Of a stretch of 64,000 bases of DNA, positions 9,942 through 20,093 are shown one piece after another. The translations under genes and the position numbers were made by a program. The stretch lies in the IMG/VR virus record IMGVR_UViG_3300050343_000275; one strand, 5' to 3'. This DNA comes from an uncultured virus (IMG/VR IMGVR_UViG_3300050343_000275) (Duplodnaviria; Heunggongvirae; Uroviricota; Caudoviricetes). Numbering within the stretch: the first letter of the stretch is position 1; each line of letters opens with the position of its first letter. The notes under the pieces were generated by a model. That model was given only the letters and a program-made list of their open reading frames with translations. It made no database searches and had not been told where the DNA came from.

Positions 9942-11474
9942 ATGGCAGGAAGCTCAATCGCCCAAGCCAAGATGCGGTCTGCAAAGCAGGCTGCTAAGGC
10001 AATTGTGAGAAAACAGGTCGAGGTAGAAGTACCCGATCACATCATGAAAGCCAGGGATAACTTTGCTTATTTCTGCGAATTAATGGGCAAGAAACCTGCT
10101 CGCCATATGCGCGAGTGGCATAAGGTTTTCTTAACTGGTAAAAGCAATGAACACCTGCTGGACATTGCTGGGCCAAACACATGTTTGCTGAGTCCAAGGG
10201 GTAGTGCGAAGTCCACGGTCCTGGGCCTACTACTTGGCTGGCTGATCGGAAGGCACGCAATGCAGAGTACGTTGCTGCGAATTCTTTATGTCTCATACAA
10301 CGTCGACGTTGCGAGAAATAAAAGCGCGGCAATCAAGAATCTTATTTGCTCTAAGGAGTACCAGGAGGTGTTTCCCTGTGTACGACTATCAAAAATGCGT
10401 ACTTCAGATGAACTCTGGAGTATTGACTGGGATTTCGCAGAGATTGATGTCCGAGGGGAGGATGCTTTCACTGTCGCCTGCGCCGGACTAAAAGGAACAA
10501 TTACTTCCAAGCGTTCAAGCCTGATCGTCGTGGATGACGCGATCAAGAGTGCGGCAAGCATTGCCAACCCAGATATTCGGCGCGAGATGGAGACGAACTG
10601 GACAAACGTGATTGTCCCCACCATGTTTCAGGGCGCTCGTGCGATTGCTTTGGGTACGAGGTTTCACTTCGATGATTTGTTCGCAACGATCTTCACTGAA
10701 AAGAAGGGCTGGAAGTGCATTACCCAGTCTGCGCTGCATTATGACGATGATGGACGGCCCAAGTCGTACTGGCCTGACATGTGGTCGGCCAAGTATCTGC
10801 TGAAATTGCAGATGGATGACCGTGTTGCCTTTTCATATCAGTATCTGAATCAACCCGTTCGCTCTAAAGAGTTAGGCATCTCTCCTGAGCTGTTTGTGAA
10901 GGGAGAAGTGCCCGATGAATACGACAGCATCGGCGTGGGTATCGATCTCTCGGCTGGAATGACTGAGAGGAACGATTGGACTGTATTCACTCTTGCTGGA
11001 AGGGTTGACGACAAGGTCTACATCATTGATTACAGGCGTATGAGGTCGATGGGCAATATCGACAAGATTGAAGCCCTCTGCGAGTTGCTAGTCGAGTGGA
11101 ACCTTCTAGAAGTCAATGATGAAGGCCAATACTTCAAATCGATGTCACCCGTCACCATCTTCCCAGAAGTTGTCGCCTATCAAAAATCGTTTGAGGGCGA
11201 TATGAAGAGGATTCTCTTCAACGATTGGCAGCTCTACAACCTCTCCATTAGCGCGGTAAAGGGTTTCCGTGGGGACAAACTCGCTAGGTTGCGGGGAATT
11301 ATGGGATTGTTCGAACATAAAAAAATTATTTTCAATAAATACAGAGATTTTAGCTGCATGGTTGATGAGATCGTTAACTTCGGACACTCGCCTCACGACG
11401 ACTGTGCGGACTCATTGAATATCGTGGTACAAGGCCTTATGCGTCGCGGTAAAGCGCAAATCGAGTGGAACTAA
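9942..11474 (+). CDS. terL: Terminase large subunit
   Basis: Walker A PRGSAKST, Walker B LIVVDD, GTRFH coupling motif, nuclease GIDL...HDDCADS. Confidence 0.93.
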   Translation: MAGSSIAQAKMRSAKQAAKAIVRKQVEVEVPDHIMKARDNFAYFCELMGKKPARHMREWHKVFLTGKSNEHLLDIAGPNTCLLSPRGSAKSTVLGLLLGWLIGRHAMQSTLLRILYVSYNVDVARNKSAAIKNLICSKEYQEVFPCVRLSKMRTSDELWSIDWDFAEIDVRGEDAFTVACAGLKGTITSKRSSLIVVDDAIKSAASIANPDIRREMETNWTNVIVPTMFQGARAIALGTRFHFDDLFATIFTEKKGWKCITQSALHYDDDGRPKSYWPDMWSAKYLLKLQMDDRVAFSYQYLNQPVRSKELGISPELFVKGEVPDEYDSIGVGIDLSAGMTERNDWTVFTLAGRVDDKVYIIDYRRMRSMGNIDKIEALCELLVEWNLLEVNDEGQYFKSMSPVTIFPEVVAYQKSFEGDMKRILFNDWQLYNLSISAVKGFRGDKLARLRGIMGLFEHKKIIFNKYRDFSCMVDEIVNFGHSPHDDCADSLNIVVQGLMRRGKAQIEWN

Positions 11475-11483
11475 AATAGAACT

Positions 11484-13706
11484 ATGAGCGCATCTCAAGA
11501 CCGTTTCCGTCGCATTCTCGAAGCCGCGAGAAAAAAAGACGGAGGATCAAATACTGACACGATGATCGTGAACAGTCATCTTTCACAGATGAAACTGTTC
11601 ATGCTGAGACAAGGCCTGGAGTTCTTTCCAGCGCAGGATACGTTTGGCTTTAGAAAGTCATTCGTTACTCAGTTGATTGAAGAGAATGAAATCGATACTC
11701 GTTTAGAGGGTATTTGCGATGATTTTTTAATCGATGGTAAAGGCCTCTTTTATTTCCGCCCGGTAAGAGACACCTATCGGATTATGTGGTTTAGCGCGGA
11801 AAACTACCGTGCTTACTACGATTCGATCGGTCAGCTTGAAGAAGTGGACTTGATCTATTCCTTCAATGTTCGAGAGTCGATGAATGCACCGATCGCAGCA
11901 AGCGATCAGCAGGGATCAGTTCGATACGTAAAACTGAGAGTCCGTAAGGACGAGATCAAGGAAACGATTACGACCGAAAAGCCGTCGTTCGATTCAGGTG
12001 CTGAATCGCTGTCGTTCGCTATCAATAAAACCAGGACCTTGACTAACAGTCTTGGCTTTGTGCCAGCAGTTGAGTCCTTTAACAATATGCGATCCACTGG
12101 GATGGACGCTACGGGTGAGTTTGACTGGCTTGCCGAGCAGATCGTGACGCACGACGATCTAGTCAAAAACATTAGAACCAATATTCACTTCTTTGGTAAT
12201 CCGACACTGGTTTCCAGTCGGCCCAAACAAGACTTGGTTGAGAGTGGTGAGCAGGATGGTATCCGTCCAACCATCAGCTCCCAGGCTGGTTTCTATTCCG
12301 CTAATCGCCCATCGACGCGAGTAAGTTCGCCCCTCGGCGGGAGTGCTGGCGGCGGAATGAAAGTTCCACGGATTATTGCCAATGTAGAGGCAACTGATAG
12401 AGCTGTTTACTTAACTCCTGATGCGGTTTCAGGCGATCAGAACTTATACGCTCGTCAATATCGTGAAGAGATCAGAACTGCCCTAGGCGGTGTCGACGAG
12501 CTTGGTATTACGGCAGGCGCTACTGCTTATGAGATCAAGTCTCTTTATGGACGTGCGGCGACTACGGCTAGCCGAAGATGCAGGGGTCTTTTGACTTATG
12601 GCTTGTGCAAGCTTTTTAGCCTAATTATCTACAACGAAGAAAAGATCTTTCGTGAATCCTTCGCTGCTGTAGCTGGGCTCGTGAGACCTCCTGCGCCTTT
12701 GCGTGAGCAATACCCTGACGAAGCTACTTTTGAGCAAGCGGTAAAGGATTTCAACGGCATCCTTCAGCAATTTGAAGGCACGTTGGAAGAAAGTATTGGA
12801 CAAGCAGTCCAATCAAGATCACTGCCGACTGGAGTTGTAGGGCTTATACCTGATGGAGACAGGAAGGTTGAGTGGAGATGGAAGGGTCCAGTCTTCGAGG
12901 ATGGCACAGAGGATATACTTAACTCAAGTATTGTTGTTCGTAACTTACAGGAGCTCGGTGTTAATTCCATCGAAGCTCTCCGTTATCTTTTCCCAGACAA
13001 AACTGACGAAGAGAGAAGCGCAATGCTCAGTGGCTATCCATTCAGGATGGCACAGGCCACACAACAAAGTATTGGCACATTCCTGACGCTAATTGAAAAC
13101 ATGCGTCAGGTCCCACACCCGCAGGCACCTGATCTTCCAATGCTTGCGGATCCGAAGCTCGACTTGACGCCATATGTCTATCGAGCTCTTGATTTCTTGA
13201 AGCGAGAGCTTACTTATGCAGGACACTACAGTGATGACACAGGCGGCGGCGACCCCGCAAGCCTCGATCCCATCGAGCGTGCCCGCGCCGACGCAGGGTT
13301 ACCAATCGGCTCCGGTCCAGAGCGCCCCACCTTCTTACCAGACAGCTTCGGTGCCGCAGCAGGCGGAGCAGGTTCCGGCGACGTACCAACAGGCGGCGCC
13401 CCAGGCGAATCCATGGCAGCAGGCGTTCGAGAGACTCAGCGACAGCTTGAGCGGGACGCAGAACTCCCAACCCCAGGCAGCTTACTCAACTCCGACCCCG
13501 CAGGCAGCCCCTACGCAGCAGCAGGCATGGCAGGCTTCGGTAGCTCCGCAGTACCAAGCGGCGCCTTCCGTATCGGGGCTCCAGACCTCAATACCCCAAG
13601 CAACGCAGGCGTATTCCCAACAGATACAGGCGCCCAGCTGGAACAACGCGCAGAGCGCACCCGCCAGCGACGCGTATCTAGAAAGCGTCAGCAACGAAAG
13701 TCTTGA
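11484..13706 (+). CDS. Portal protein with long low-complexity C-terminal tail
   Basis: Follows TerL; about 580-aa core; tail overlaps next gene by 491 nt. Confidence 0.75.
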   Translation: MSASQDRFRRILEAARKKDGGSNTDTMIVNSHLSQMKLFMLRQGLEFFPAQDTFGFRKSFVTQLIEENEIDTRLEGICDDFLIDGKGLFYFRPVRDTYRIMWFSAENYRAYYDSIGQLEEVDLIYSFNVRESMNAPIAASDQQGSVRYVKLRVRKDEIKETITTEKPSFDSGAESLSFAINKTRTLTNSLGFVPAVESFNNMRSTGMDATGEFDWLAEQIVTHDDLVKNIRTNIHFFGNPTLVSSRPKQDLVESGEQDGIRPTISSQAGFYSANRPSTRVSSPLGGSAGGGMKVPRIIANVEATDRAVYLTPDAVSGDQNLYARQYREEIRTALGGVDELGITAGATAYEIKSLYGRAATTASRRCRGLLTYGLCKLFSLIIYNEEKIFRESFAAVAGLVRPPAPLREQYPDEATFEQAVKDFNGILQQFEGTLEESIGQAVQSRSLPTGVVGLIPDGDRKVEWRWKGPVFEDGTEDILNSSIVVRNLQELGVNSIEALRYLFPDKTDEERSAMLSGYPFRMAQATQQSIGTFLTLIENMRQVPHPQAPDLPMLADPKLDLTPYVYRALDFLKRELTYAGHYSDDTGGGDPASLDPIERARADAGLPIGSGPERPTFLPDSFGAAAGGAGSGDVPTGGAPGESMAAGVRETQRQLERDAELPTPGSLLNSDPAGSPYAAAGMAGFGSSAVPSGAFRIGAPDLNTPSNAGVFPTDTGAQLEQRAERTRQRRVSRKRQQRKS

Positions 13707-14220
13707 AGTCCTTCAGCACTTCGGCGCTGAAACTCCTGCACTCCTCAACCAGTACTCCTGTGTTGTAGAAGATGCACTCCTTGCGCAGGCTCAGCAAACC
13801 GCTGAAGTCATGCAAGTAGCAGAGGAGTTGAGCGTCAGTCTTCAGACAGCTCAGAAAGTTATCGATGCTGCGGCTGAAGATAACGCTGCGTACCACGTAA
13901 TGCTCACCAACCCTGACATGTTGGCTGCATACGTTAATGACTTCTTCGGTGCTGAAGGTCCATACCCACAGGAGACAGCGCAAGATCGTTTAGCTGCTGA
14001 AGTTGCAGCTAATGAGCAATCATTCCGCGCACCGACTCCTGCGTATGAGCGTCCACAAATGGAAATGCCTCAGCCAGGCGTTCAAGCCCCTCAGGGTGGA
14101 GACGACTTCTGGTCAACATTCAGTGCCATTAGTGATCGCAACCCCGCAGCTGCTTGGCAGCTCCTGAGCCAGGCAGGTCCTGACGCTCTCCGTAGCAAGA
14201 TCCTCGTCCAAGAGGCCTGA
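13216..14220 (+). CDS. Capsid scaffolding-like protein
   Basis: Q/P/A-rich N-half, acidic coiled coil, located after portal. Confidence 0.65.
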   Translation: MQDTTVMTQAAATPQASIPSSVPAPTQGYQSAPVQSAPPSYQTASVPQQAEQVPATYQQAAPQANPWQQAFERLSDSLSGTQNSQPQAAYSTPTPQAAPTQQQAWQASVAPQYQAAPSVSGLQTSIPQATQAYSQQIQAPSWNNAQSAPASDAYLESVSNESLEVLQHFGAETPALLNQYSCVVEDALLAQAQQTAEVMQVAEELSVSLQTAQKVIDAAAEDNAAYHVMLTNPDMLAAYVNDFFGAEGPYPQETAQDRLAAEVAANEQSFRAPTPAYERPQMEMPQPGVQAPQGGDDFWSTFSAISDRNPAAAWQLLSQAGPDALRSKILVQEA

Positions 14221-14255
14221 TCCATAAACGCCCCGGCTTTCCGGGGCTTCAAACC

Positions 14256-14588
14256 ATGAATTATCCAGGCAAGCTCCCCGGCAATTACAACCCCAACGCG
14301 GCCCTTCTTGCGGACGCCCCAGGGGCGCCCAGCTCTTACCAAGCGCAGCAGGGTGTGCAGCAAGTTGCGAATACTGCATCACTGAATACTCGTGATGAGA
14401 GCGCACAGAATGCAAGCAAGATCATGGATTTTGCTCGTCAGGTGTCAAGCGGCGAGAGTACCGCTGAAAATCAGGCTGCGGTTATGGCCCTGGCATCTAT
14501 CAAAGGAGTTCAGGCAAACTCTGGCTTGCCGATGACAAATGTAGGCACAGACCCAGCTGAAATTATGCGTCAAATTGGTTACGCATAA
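14256..14588 (+). CDS. Hypothetical protein
   Basis: 110 aa; preceded by hairpin GCCCCGG-CTTT-CCGGGGC (14230-14247). Confidence 0.65.
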   Translation: MNYPGKLPGNYNPNAALLADAPGAPSSYQAQQGVQQVANTASLNTRDESAQNASKIMDFARQVSSGESTAENQAAVMALASIKGVQANSGLPMTNVGTDPAEIMRQIGYA

Positions 14589-14635
14589 CTAATTTAAAAT
14601 CGTCGTTAGTATTTAACAAAAGCTGACATCCGTCC

Positions 14636-14905
14636 GTGCGTCTTGCTGGTAGCGATGATGTCTTTAACAGGCTATCAGCTACGTCAGATAAATCATCCAC
14701 TGCTGACCATGTTGACAGCGTGGTTGAACAGATTGAGGTGCTTAGGGCTAAAGGCCTGGGGGACCAGGCTGCGATTAAACATGGCTTAAACATCTGGGAA
14801 GGCACGGAAGAACCGGTGGAAGCGAATCAACGATTTGCTGCGATTTATGGAGATCTTTCTTCTCATGATTCACGGGACGTTAGCTCTGTCGATGGGTCTA
14901 ATTGA
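14636..14905 (+). CDS. Hypothetical protein (N-terminal RLAGS)
   Basis: GTG start 24 nt after TAGTAT (14607-14612). Confidence 0.6.
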   Translation: MRLAGSDDVFNRLSATSDKSSTADHVDSVVEQIEVLRAKGLGDQAAIKHGLNIWEGTEEPVEANQRFAAIYGDLSSHDSRDVSSVDGSN

Positions 14906-16034
14906 AAAGTTTGAAGGAGTTGAGAATTCGGCGTATCTTGATTCTGGTGGAGTGCCAACAATCTGCGCAGGACTGACGGTATATCCAGATGGCTCACCAG
15001 TACGCATGGGCGACGTATGTAGCAAGACGGTTTGCGATGGCTATCTGAAAAATATGGTCGAAGACCAGTACATTCCTAAGCTTCAGCGAATACCTGGATG
15101 GACGAGGTTGGGTAAGCATAGGCAGTCAGTGCTTATCAGTTTTGCGTGGAATATGGGTCCAAATTTTTATGGTTCAAATGGATTTGAATCGATATCCCAG
15201 GTTTTGCGGGATGGAGTGAAAAATCCTGAGGCATACGAGAAAATGCCAGAGGCTCTAATGCTGTACAACCGGGCCAATGGTGTTGAGCTGCTCGGACTCA
15301 CTCGACGGAGGGAGCATGAGGGGCAGGTCTGGGCAAGAGAAAATGATGGAGTGAGACTTTTAGAGGCTACGGCTAACACCTACTTAAAAAAGGCTGCGAT
15401 TCCTGGAGAGTATTTATCAGCCAATGCATTAGTTGCTTTCATGCCTGGAGAGAATATTCGTGTTGTTGCGACTGACGAGATCCCAGCAGATACTCACGAG
15501 TGGGTGACCCTCGAGGGCACGGGCGAAAAATGGGTGATTAATCAACCTCAGTGGTACACAAGCCATAGGCAAGAGCACTCTCCAAACATTTCAGGCAAAG
15601 ATGCAATTGACTGGAATGATTTCGATGCTTATGTCAGCAAGTATTTAACGGTTGGAGAAATCTTGCAGTATGACTCCCGCAGGCAGCCCGAGAGCGGGAG
15701 TGGCGAGGAGTCGGCAATCATATTGATCGCCCAGCAATTTGACGCTGTCAGAGAGGCGTGGGGAGGCCCTCTAGGCGTCACTAGTGGCTACAGACCAGAA
15801 CCTATCAATACGGAAATAGGTGGCGTCTCCGGCTCGTATCACGCCAAGGGCATGGCATTGGATGTCTACCCAGTAGATGACAGCTGCAAGTCGTTTTATA
15901 AATGGATAAGCCGTCGTTGGAGTGGTGGCTTAGGCGAGGGATGCCAAAAAGGTTTTGTGCATATAGATATTCGAGAAGGCGGAACGTTTCATCCTCGAGG
16001 AGGAGTGAATCCTTGCTGTACTTGGTCGTACTAG
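14865..16034 (+). CDS. Endolysin: GH24 lysozyme plus peptidase M15 domain (start uncertain, 14835-14892)
   Basis: FEG-x6-LD-x5-T lysozyme triad and LTRRR; C-terminal SGYR...SYH...ALD...FVHID Zn motif. Confidence 0.88.
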   Translation: MIHGTLALSMGLIEKFEGVENSAYLDSGGVPTICAGLTVYPDGSPVRMGDVCSKTVCDGYLKNMVEDQYIPKLQRIPGWTRLGKHRQSVLISFAWNMGPNFYGSNGFESISQVLRDGVKNPEAYEKMPEALMLYNRANGVELLGLTRRREHEGQVWARENDGVRLLEATANTYLKKAAIPGEYLSANALVAFMPGENIRVVATDEIPADTHEWVTLEGTGEKWVINQPQWYTSHRQEHSPNISGKDAIDWNDFDAYVSKYLTVGEILQYDSRRQPESGSGEESAIILIAQQFDAVREAWGGPLGVTSGYRPEPINTEIGGVSGSYHAKGMALDVYPVDDSCKSFYKWISRRWSGGLGEGCQKGFVHIDIREGGTFHPRGGVNPCCTWSY

Positions 16035-16159
16035 CGCCCTTGCCCACGCAAAAGTTTTTTACCTTTCTTAGGGCGACTGCGTGACCCTTGGCCTTGAGTC
16101 GTTCTTTTCTTGATTGGGTCTTTATGCGGTTCTGCAGCAAGTCCTCTTCCGATGCGCAT
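16031..16159 (-). CDS. Small basic protein (42 aa, not in ORF track)
   Basis: TGATG overlap; MRIGRG...KKRTTQGQG...LRGQGR, a type recalled from marine phages. Confidence 0.7.
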   Translation of the reverse strand: MRIGRGLAAEPHKDPIKKRTTQGQGSRSRPKKGKKLLRGQGR

Positions 16160-16581
16160 CAGACGACCCTCACAGCCATGGCGTTGATGTTGAACTGAAC
16201 GGTGTCACCCAACTCGACGTCAACCGAGGAAGTTAATTGACCAGAGGCCAGGAAATTGCCCCCGCTAGCAGCGTCCCAAACTCCAAAGTGAGTGACAGTA
16301 ATTGGTGTGCTGTTATTGGCCGAGGTAGTTAACTGGACTACTCCCGTATTTGTAATTTCAAAACCTCCTCCAGATGCTCCAGCAACTGCGCTGAGGGCTG
16401 CGCTGGAGATAGTAGTTCTGTTGACAGAATTGGTGATTGTATTAGTTACATCACCACTAGACCCGGCAGTGCCAGGATCTGAGGAGTGCAATGACACGTA
16501 GACATTTGCGAGTGCAGTCGGAAATGGTGCCCCTTTGACCCAGCTCAGAACTTGCGTTGCAAAGTACTCCGAAAATGCCAT
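16159..16581 (-). CDS. Virion structural or tail-fibre-associated protein
   Basis: YVSLHSSDPG...VTHFGVWDAASGGNFL motif typical of phage structural proteins. Confidence 0.75.
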   Translation of the reverse strand: MAFSEYFATQVLSWVKGAPFPTALANVYVSLHSSDPGTAGSSGDVTNTITNSVNRTTISSAALSAVAGASGGGFEITNTGVVQLTTSANNSTPITVTHFGVWDAASGGNFLASGQLTSSVDVELGDTVQFNINAMAVRVV

Positions 16582-16620
16582 GAACTTTCAATATCTAAAT
16601 GTGTGTGGCAGCGCCCAGTA

Positions 16621-18648
16621 TCAAGGGCCGTAACCGCCGCCATACGGCGGAGCTGAACTAAGCGTAGCTACATTCGTTCCGCTAATTGACGCTGTACCAG
16701 TAATTTTGTGCGTCATCTTGAGTCGCCCTGTAGGCAACATTCTCATAAGCGCAAGACCTTCTGGAGTTGTAAGCGCTCCCCTGCTTCCAGAAGTAAGTAG
16801 AACTGGCCCAGTAGGTTGCTTTAGCTGCGAAGCTGTGGGGATAGTGGCCTGGAACGGTCCTGTAATTGGGGCCGCACCCTTCATCTTGGAGATAGCAAAT
16901 CGTGCCAGTGATTGATTGGTGAGCGTGATAACACCAGAAAGAGAAGAGAAGCGAATGGCCTGAATTTCAATACTGAAAGGAAGCTCTTGCCACTGGCTGC
17001 TACTCACGATGAAGTAGTACTCACCGGCTGGCATGGGAAGCGCAAACTCTTCGATTTCTGTATTGAGAATTTCGTTTTGGTAGGCAAACCCAAAGTCGTT
17101 AACACTTACTGGCTTGCGGTTTGCGTCCGCAATCGCTACAGAGATATATCCATCCGTGTATTTATTGATTGATTTTTTCTGGATTCGTAAGTCCGCAGGA
17201 CCAAGCGTTTTGAGCTTGAAGAATAGGGATGGCGCTCCTGTTTGTGAGCCAATCTTGCCTGCGAATAAGCCAAGGAAATTACTGACGACCCCTAAATCGC
17301 GTGACTTGCTGATCGAGTTGTACTGGACCAGGCTTGGCTGTAGGTGGAACGGGGCAGCAGGCTTGAATGGTCCACCACTTGGCGACGAGGCCGCATCGTT
17401 TCTGATGCCGACAGCGGCAGTTGTTGAATTAAATATTGCAGCGGCCAGCGCTTCAATGAGCGCTCGTTGCAGTGCAGTCGATACGTGCGTTACGTCAAAC
17501 TTGCCGGATAGCGCCTGTAGCGTGGCAAAGTGCGTTAATAGTGTGTCGTAGAAAGTTGCAGAGAATACGCCAGCTTCTGCGTTAGCAAAAAAGCCTTTGG
17601 CGAAATCAATCAACCCCTCGGTAAATGCGAAGCCTCCAGAGGCTGGCTGAGCTATTAAGTACCTAGCAAATATTGCCTGTGCAACAGAAAGATGAAAGTC
17701 ACCTTGCTGAAATTGACTGAAGTAGCCTCGAGGCGTTACGACAGGAGATATTGAATGACTGAATGTCGCCGAGTTGGCCGTATAGTAACTTTTATAAGAC
17801 CAAAATACCTGTGGCAGTGTGACATTATATGGTCTACTTGTTAGGGAAAGTCTGTTCTTAAATATGTCGCCATTCAGGCCAGTTGTAAATCCAACTGATT
17901 GCGCCTGAATCTCCGGTACTCCAGAAAGCAGTTCAATCGCAACAACTTGCGATTTGGTAGAGGTAACAATGGTATTACTACCGCCTAGGAGTTCAGTACC
18001 GTTAGGCAGTAGTCGATCGTGTAATCCAATGCCTGGAGCTGAGCCACTGATCGCTTGGGTGGATATTCTTGTGGTTGTATCAGCGGGCGTTAGGGCAGAA
18101 TCTAGGTTTTGTTTGCTAGTGCTGAAATATACAACTCGAGTCCCGCCAGAGTTTTCTGTAGCTATAGACGGATAGAGGATTTTGGTCGATAAAAAGTTTT
18201 TTGAACTAGACGTATCGTTTGGAATCTTGCGAACATTTCGATAAACGACAGCAGTGGTCCTGGTTGAACCAACCCAAGGTCCAACTGTTTGCGTATTGGT
18301 AGCTGCGAATTTATATGCAAGGTGATAGCCATTAGGGTTCACACCGTTAGTTTTTATTGTTTCCCAGCCTTCCCCTGATGGCGCTATAGGAATCCCAGTG
18401 CCATTGCCATTAAATGCGAAAACAAGCAGCAAGTCATTGGCCTGGTGGCTCGGCATGACAGCCGTTGCGTTTTCGCTTGTTTCTGCGCCTATGAAAGTAA
18501 CTTCACTGTTTAAGCGATAAACAGCGTTTATTTTTGTCTTGAAATTACCAGTGCCAGCAACTTCCCGCCGACAGATTAGATCGGCGTTTGTTGGGGTGAA
18601 TATGAACGATGCCGTCCCAGCGGCGAGATCGGGATGAACCGCTGGCAT
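16621..18648 (-). CDS. Multi-domain beta-rich virion structural protein
   Basis: 675 aa, Thr/Ser/Phe-rich, flanked by structural genes. Confidence 0.65.
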   Translation of the reverse strand: MPAVHPDLAAGTASFIFTPTNADLICRREVAGTGNFKTKINAVYRLNSEVTFIGAETSENATAVMPSHQANDLLLVFAFNGNGTGIPIAPSGEGWETIKTNGVNPNGYHLAYKFAATNTQTVGPWVGSTRTTAVVYRNVRKIPNDTSSSKNFLSTKILYPSIATENSGGTRVVYFSTSKQNLDSALTPADTTTRISTQAISGSAPGIGLHDRLLPNGTELLGGSNTIVTSTKSQVVAIELLSGVPEIQAQSVGFTTGLNGDIFKNRLSLTSRPYNVTLPQVFWSYKSYYTANSATFSHSISPVVTPRGYFSQFQQGDFHLSVAQAIFARYLIAQPASGGFAFTEGLIDFAKGFFANAEAGVFSATFYDTLLTHFATLQALSGKFDVTHVSTALQRALIEALAAAIFNSTTAAVGIRNDAASSPSGGPFKPAAPFHLQPSLVQYNSISKSRDLGVVSNFLGLFAGKIGSQTGAPSLFFKLKTLGPADLRIQKKSINKYTDGYISVAIADANRKPVSVNDFGFAYQNEILNTEIEEFALPMPAGEYYFIVSSSQWQELPFSIEIQAIRFSSLSGVITLTNQSLARFAISKMKGAAPITGPFQATIPTASQLKQPTGPVLLTSGSRGALTTPEGLALMRMLPTGRLKMTHKITGTASISGTNVATLSSAPPYGGGYGP

Positions 18649-18668
18649 GTTTTACCTCGATCGGTGGA

Positions 18669-19109
18669 TCAACCCAGGGTGATTGCGCCTGAGGCTTGGT
18701 CAAAATCGATCGTCAAGCTTTCACCTGTATTAAGGGTCAAGTTTGCTCCGTAATCGAAGTAACCAATCAGCGGGTCAGCAGGACTGGTTGGCGTTGTGTT
18801 GTACAGGTAGATGTATCGGAAAGGACCAACAGTTCCCGTCGAACTAAGAGTTAGATCGTCGAGGACGAGGCGATAAGTACCTGAAGCCTGGGCAGAGCTT
18901 GTTGTGGTTAGATCTCTAGTGCTTAGCCCGGTGTAGGTAATTTCAGTTACGTTCGCGAGGACGCAACCAGCCGTTGTCGATGATGGCGGCGTCGTTTCGG
19001 ATGATGGTGCAACGTTACTCAGTGCGAGCACTAGCTGGTCGCTGCCCAGGTTGTGCACACCTTCACTCAAGTGCTCTACAAAACCATTGAGTTTATTAAA
19101 GACAGCCAT
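18669..19109 (-). CDS. Virion structural protein
   Basis: GVHNLGSDQL...GPFRYIYLYN...PLIGYFDYG motif. Confidence 0.75.
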   Translation of the reverse strand: MAVFNKLNGFVEHLSEGVHNLGSDQLVLALSNVAPSSETTPPSSTTAGCVLANVTEITYTGLSTRDLTTTSSAQASGTYRLVLDDLTLSSTGTVGPFRYIYLYNTTPTSPADPLIGYFDYGANLTLNTGESLTIDFDQASGAITLG

Positions 19110-19158
19110 TCTTGGCGCAACTTAGTTATTGCGTCAGTCTAAGAAAAACAAAAAAGGA

Positions 19159-19386
19159 CTATACGTCAAACAGCCTGCACTTCACATCATTTGGGTTGTC
19201 ATCGCAGAAGTCCATAAATTTTTCTCGAAAAGTAGGCTTTTTAGGGCTGTCATCTCCCCCGATCGGCGCAAAGAAGATATCCCGTGGATCTTTCGCCTCA
19301 GAGGGATTCTTCATTGGACAGAAACCGTCGACGCAATCAGTGTCCATAGTCATCTGTGATTGTCTAAGTAAAATTCCAGGTGCCAC
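19159..19386 (-). CDS. cp12: CP12-like protein (C-terminal CP12 motif only)
   Basis: Ends FCDDNPNDVKCRLFDV (C-x8-C); no AWD-VEEL core; N-terminal CVDGFCPM. Confidence 0.7.
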   Translation of the reverse strand: MAPGILLRQSQMTMDTDCVDGFCPMKNPSEAKDPRDIFFAPIGGDDSPKKPTFREKFMDFCDDNPNDVKCRLFDV

Positions 19387-19505
19387 TACACATGGGCCAA
19401 ATGCATAGTGGATCAGTTGCCAGCCCGTTGAAACTACAAAAACCCGGACTCCTGGATTGTTGGGGATCAGCTCCTGACGTAGTTCTTCTTCGGAGCAAGT
19501 TCATC

Positions 19506-20093
19506 TTATCGACGAGTTGGTGTCGGCTTGAACCGTTTCCTCATGACTTTGTGGGTATGGGGACGCACAGCAGTTATGAAATCTTTAGTCGACTCTCTCG
19601 TGAATTGAATCCCATAACTTTTATCTAGTCTTGCCATCACCTTGCACTCGAAATTGTGCTTATTACACCAGCTTGCCAAGGCAATGTTTCCTTCTGGGGT
19701 AAATCGAGTGTGAGCCTTGCCGACCCTCCCTACTATTCGGCCCCGATCTGACCAGAGAGCGGATAGTCCGACAATGCCGGTGATGTCCAGGATTTGAGGA
19801 GTCACGATTTTTTTGTCTCGTGGATACATCAGCTCGTATGCCCTGTAAAGCTCATCGCTGCGTACGCGAATACGTACATCGTCATAAAAACCGTCGCAGG
19901 GGAGGACGTCAGTCACGAACTCAAGCTTGCCTAGATGTGCATCACGAAGCTGCTTTAGTTGGTGACTCAGATACGGCCTTTCTGTTTCGCTACGGACGAT
20001 CTCCAGCCATGGCCGCTGTCTTCTCCCCTTTAGAGCTATTGTCCCCACCCCCAAACAAAAGCTCAGTGCGCGAGCTACGAATTGAGCAGACAT
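19506..20093 (-). CDS. Degenerate LAGLIDADG endonuclease-like protein
   Basis: Motif remnants ALSFCLGVG and LSALWSDRG; LMYPRDKKIV segment. Confidence 0.65.
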   Translation of the reverse strand: MSAQFVARALSFCLGVGTIALKGRRQRPWLEIVRSETERPYLSHQLKQLRDAHLGKLEFVTDVLPCDGFYDDVRIRVRSDELYRAYELMYPRDKKIVTPQILDITGIVGLSALWSDRGRIVGRVGKAHTRFTPEGNIALASWCNKHNFECKVMARLDKSYGIQFTRESTKDFITAVRPHTHKVMRKRFKPTPTRR

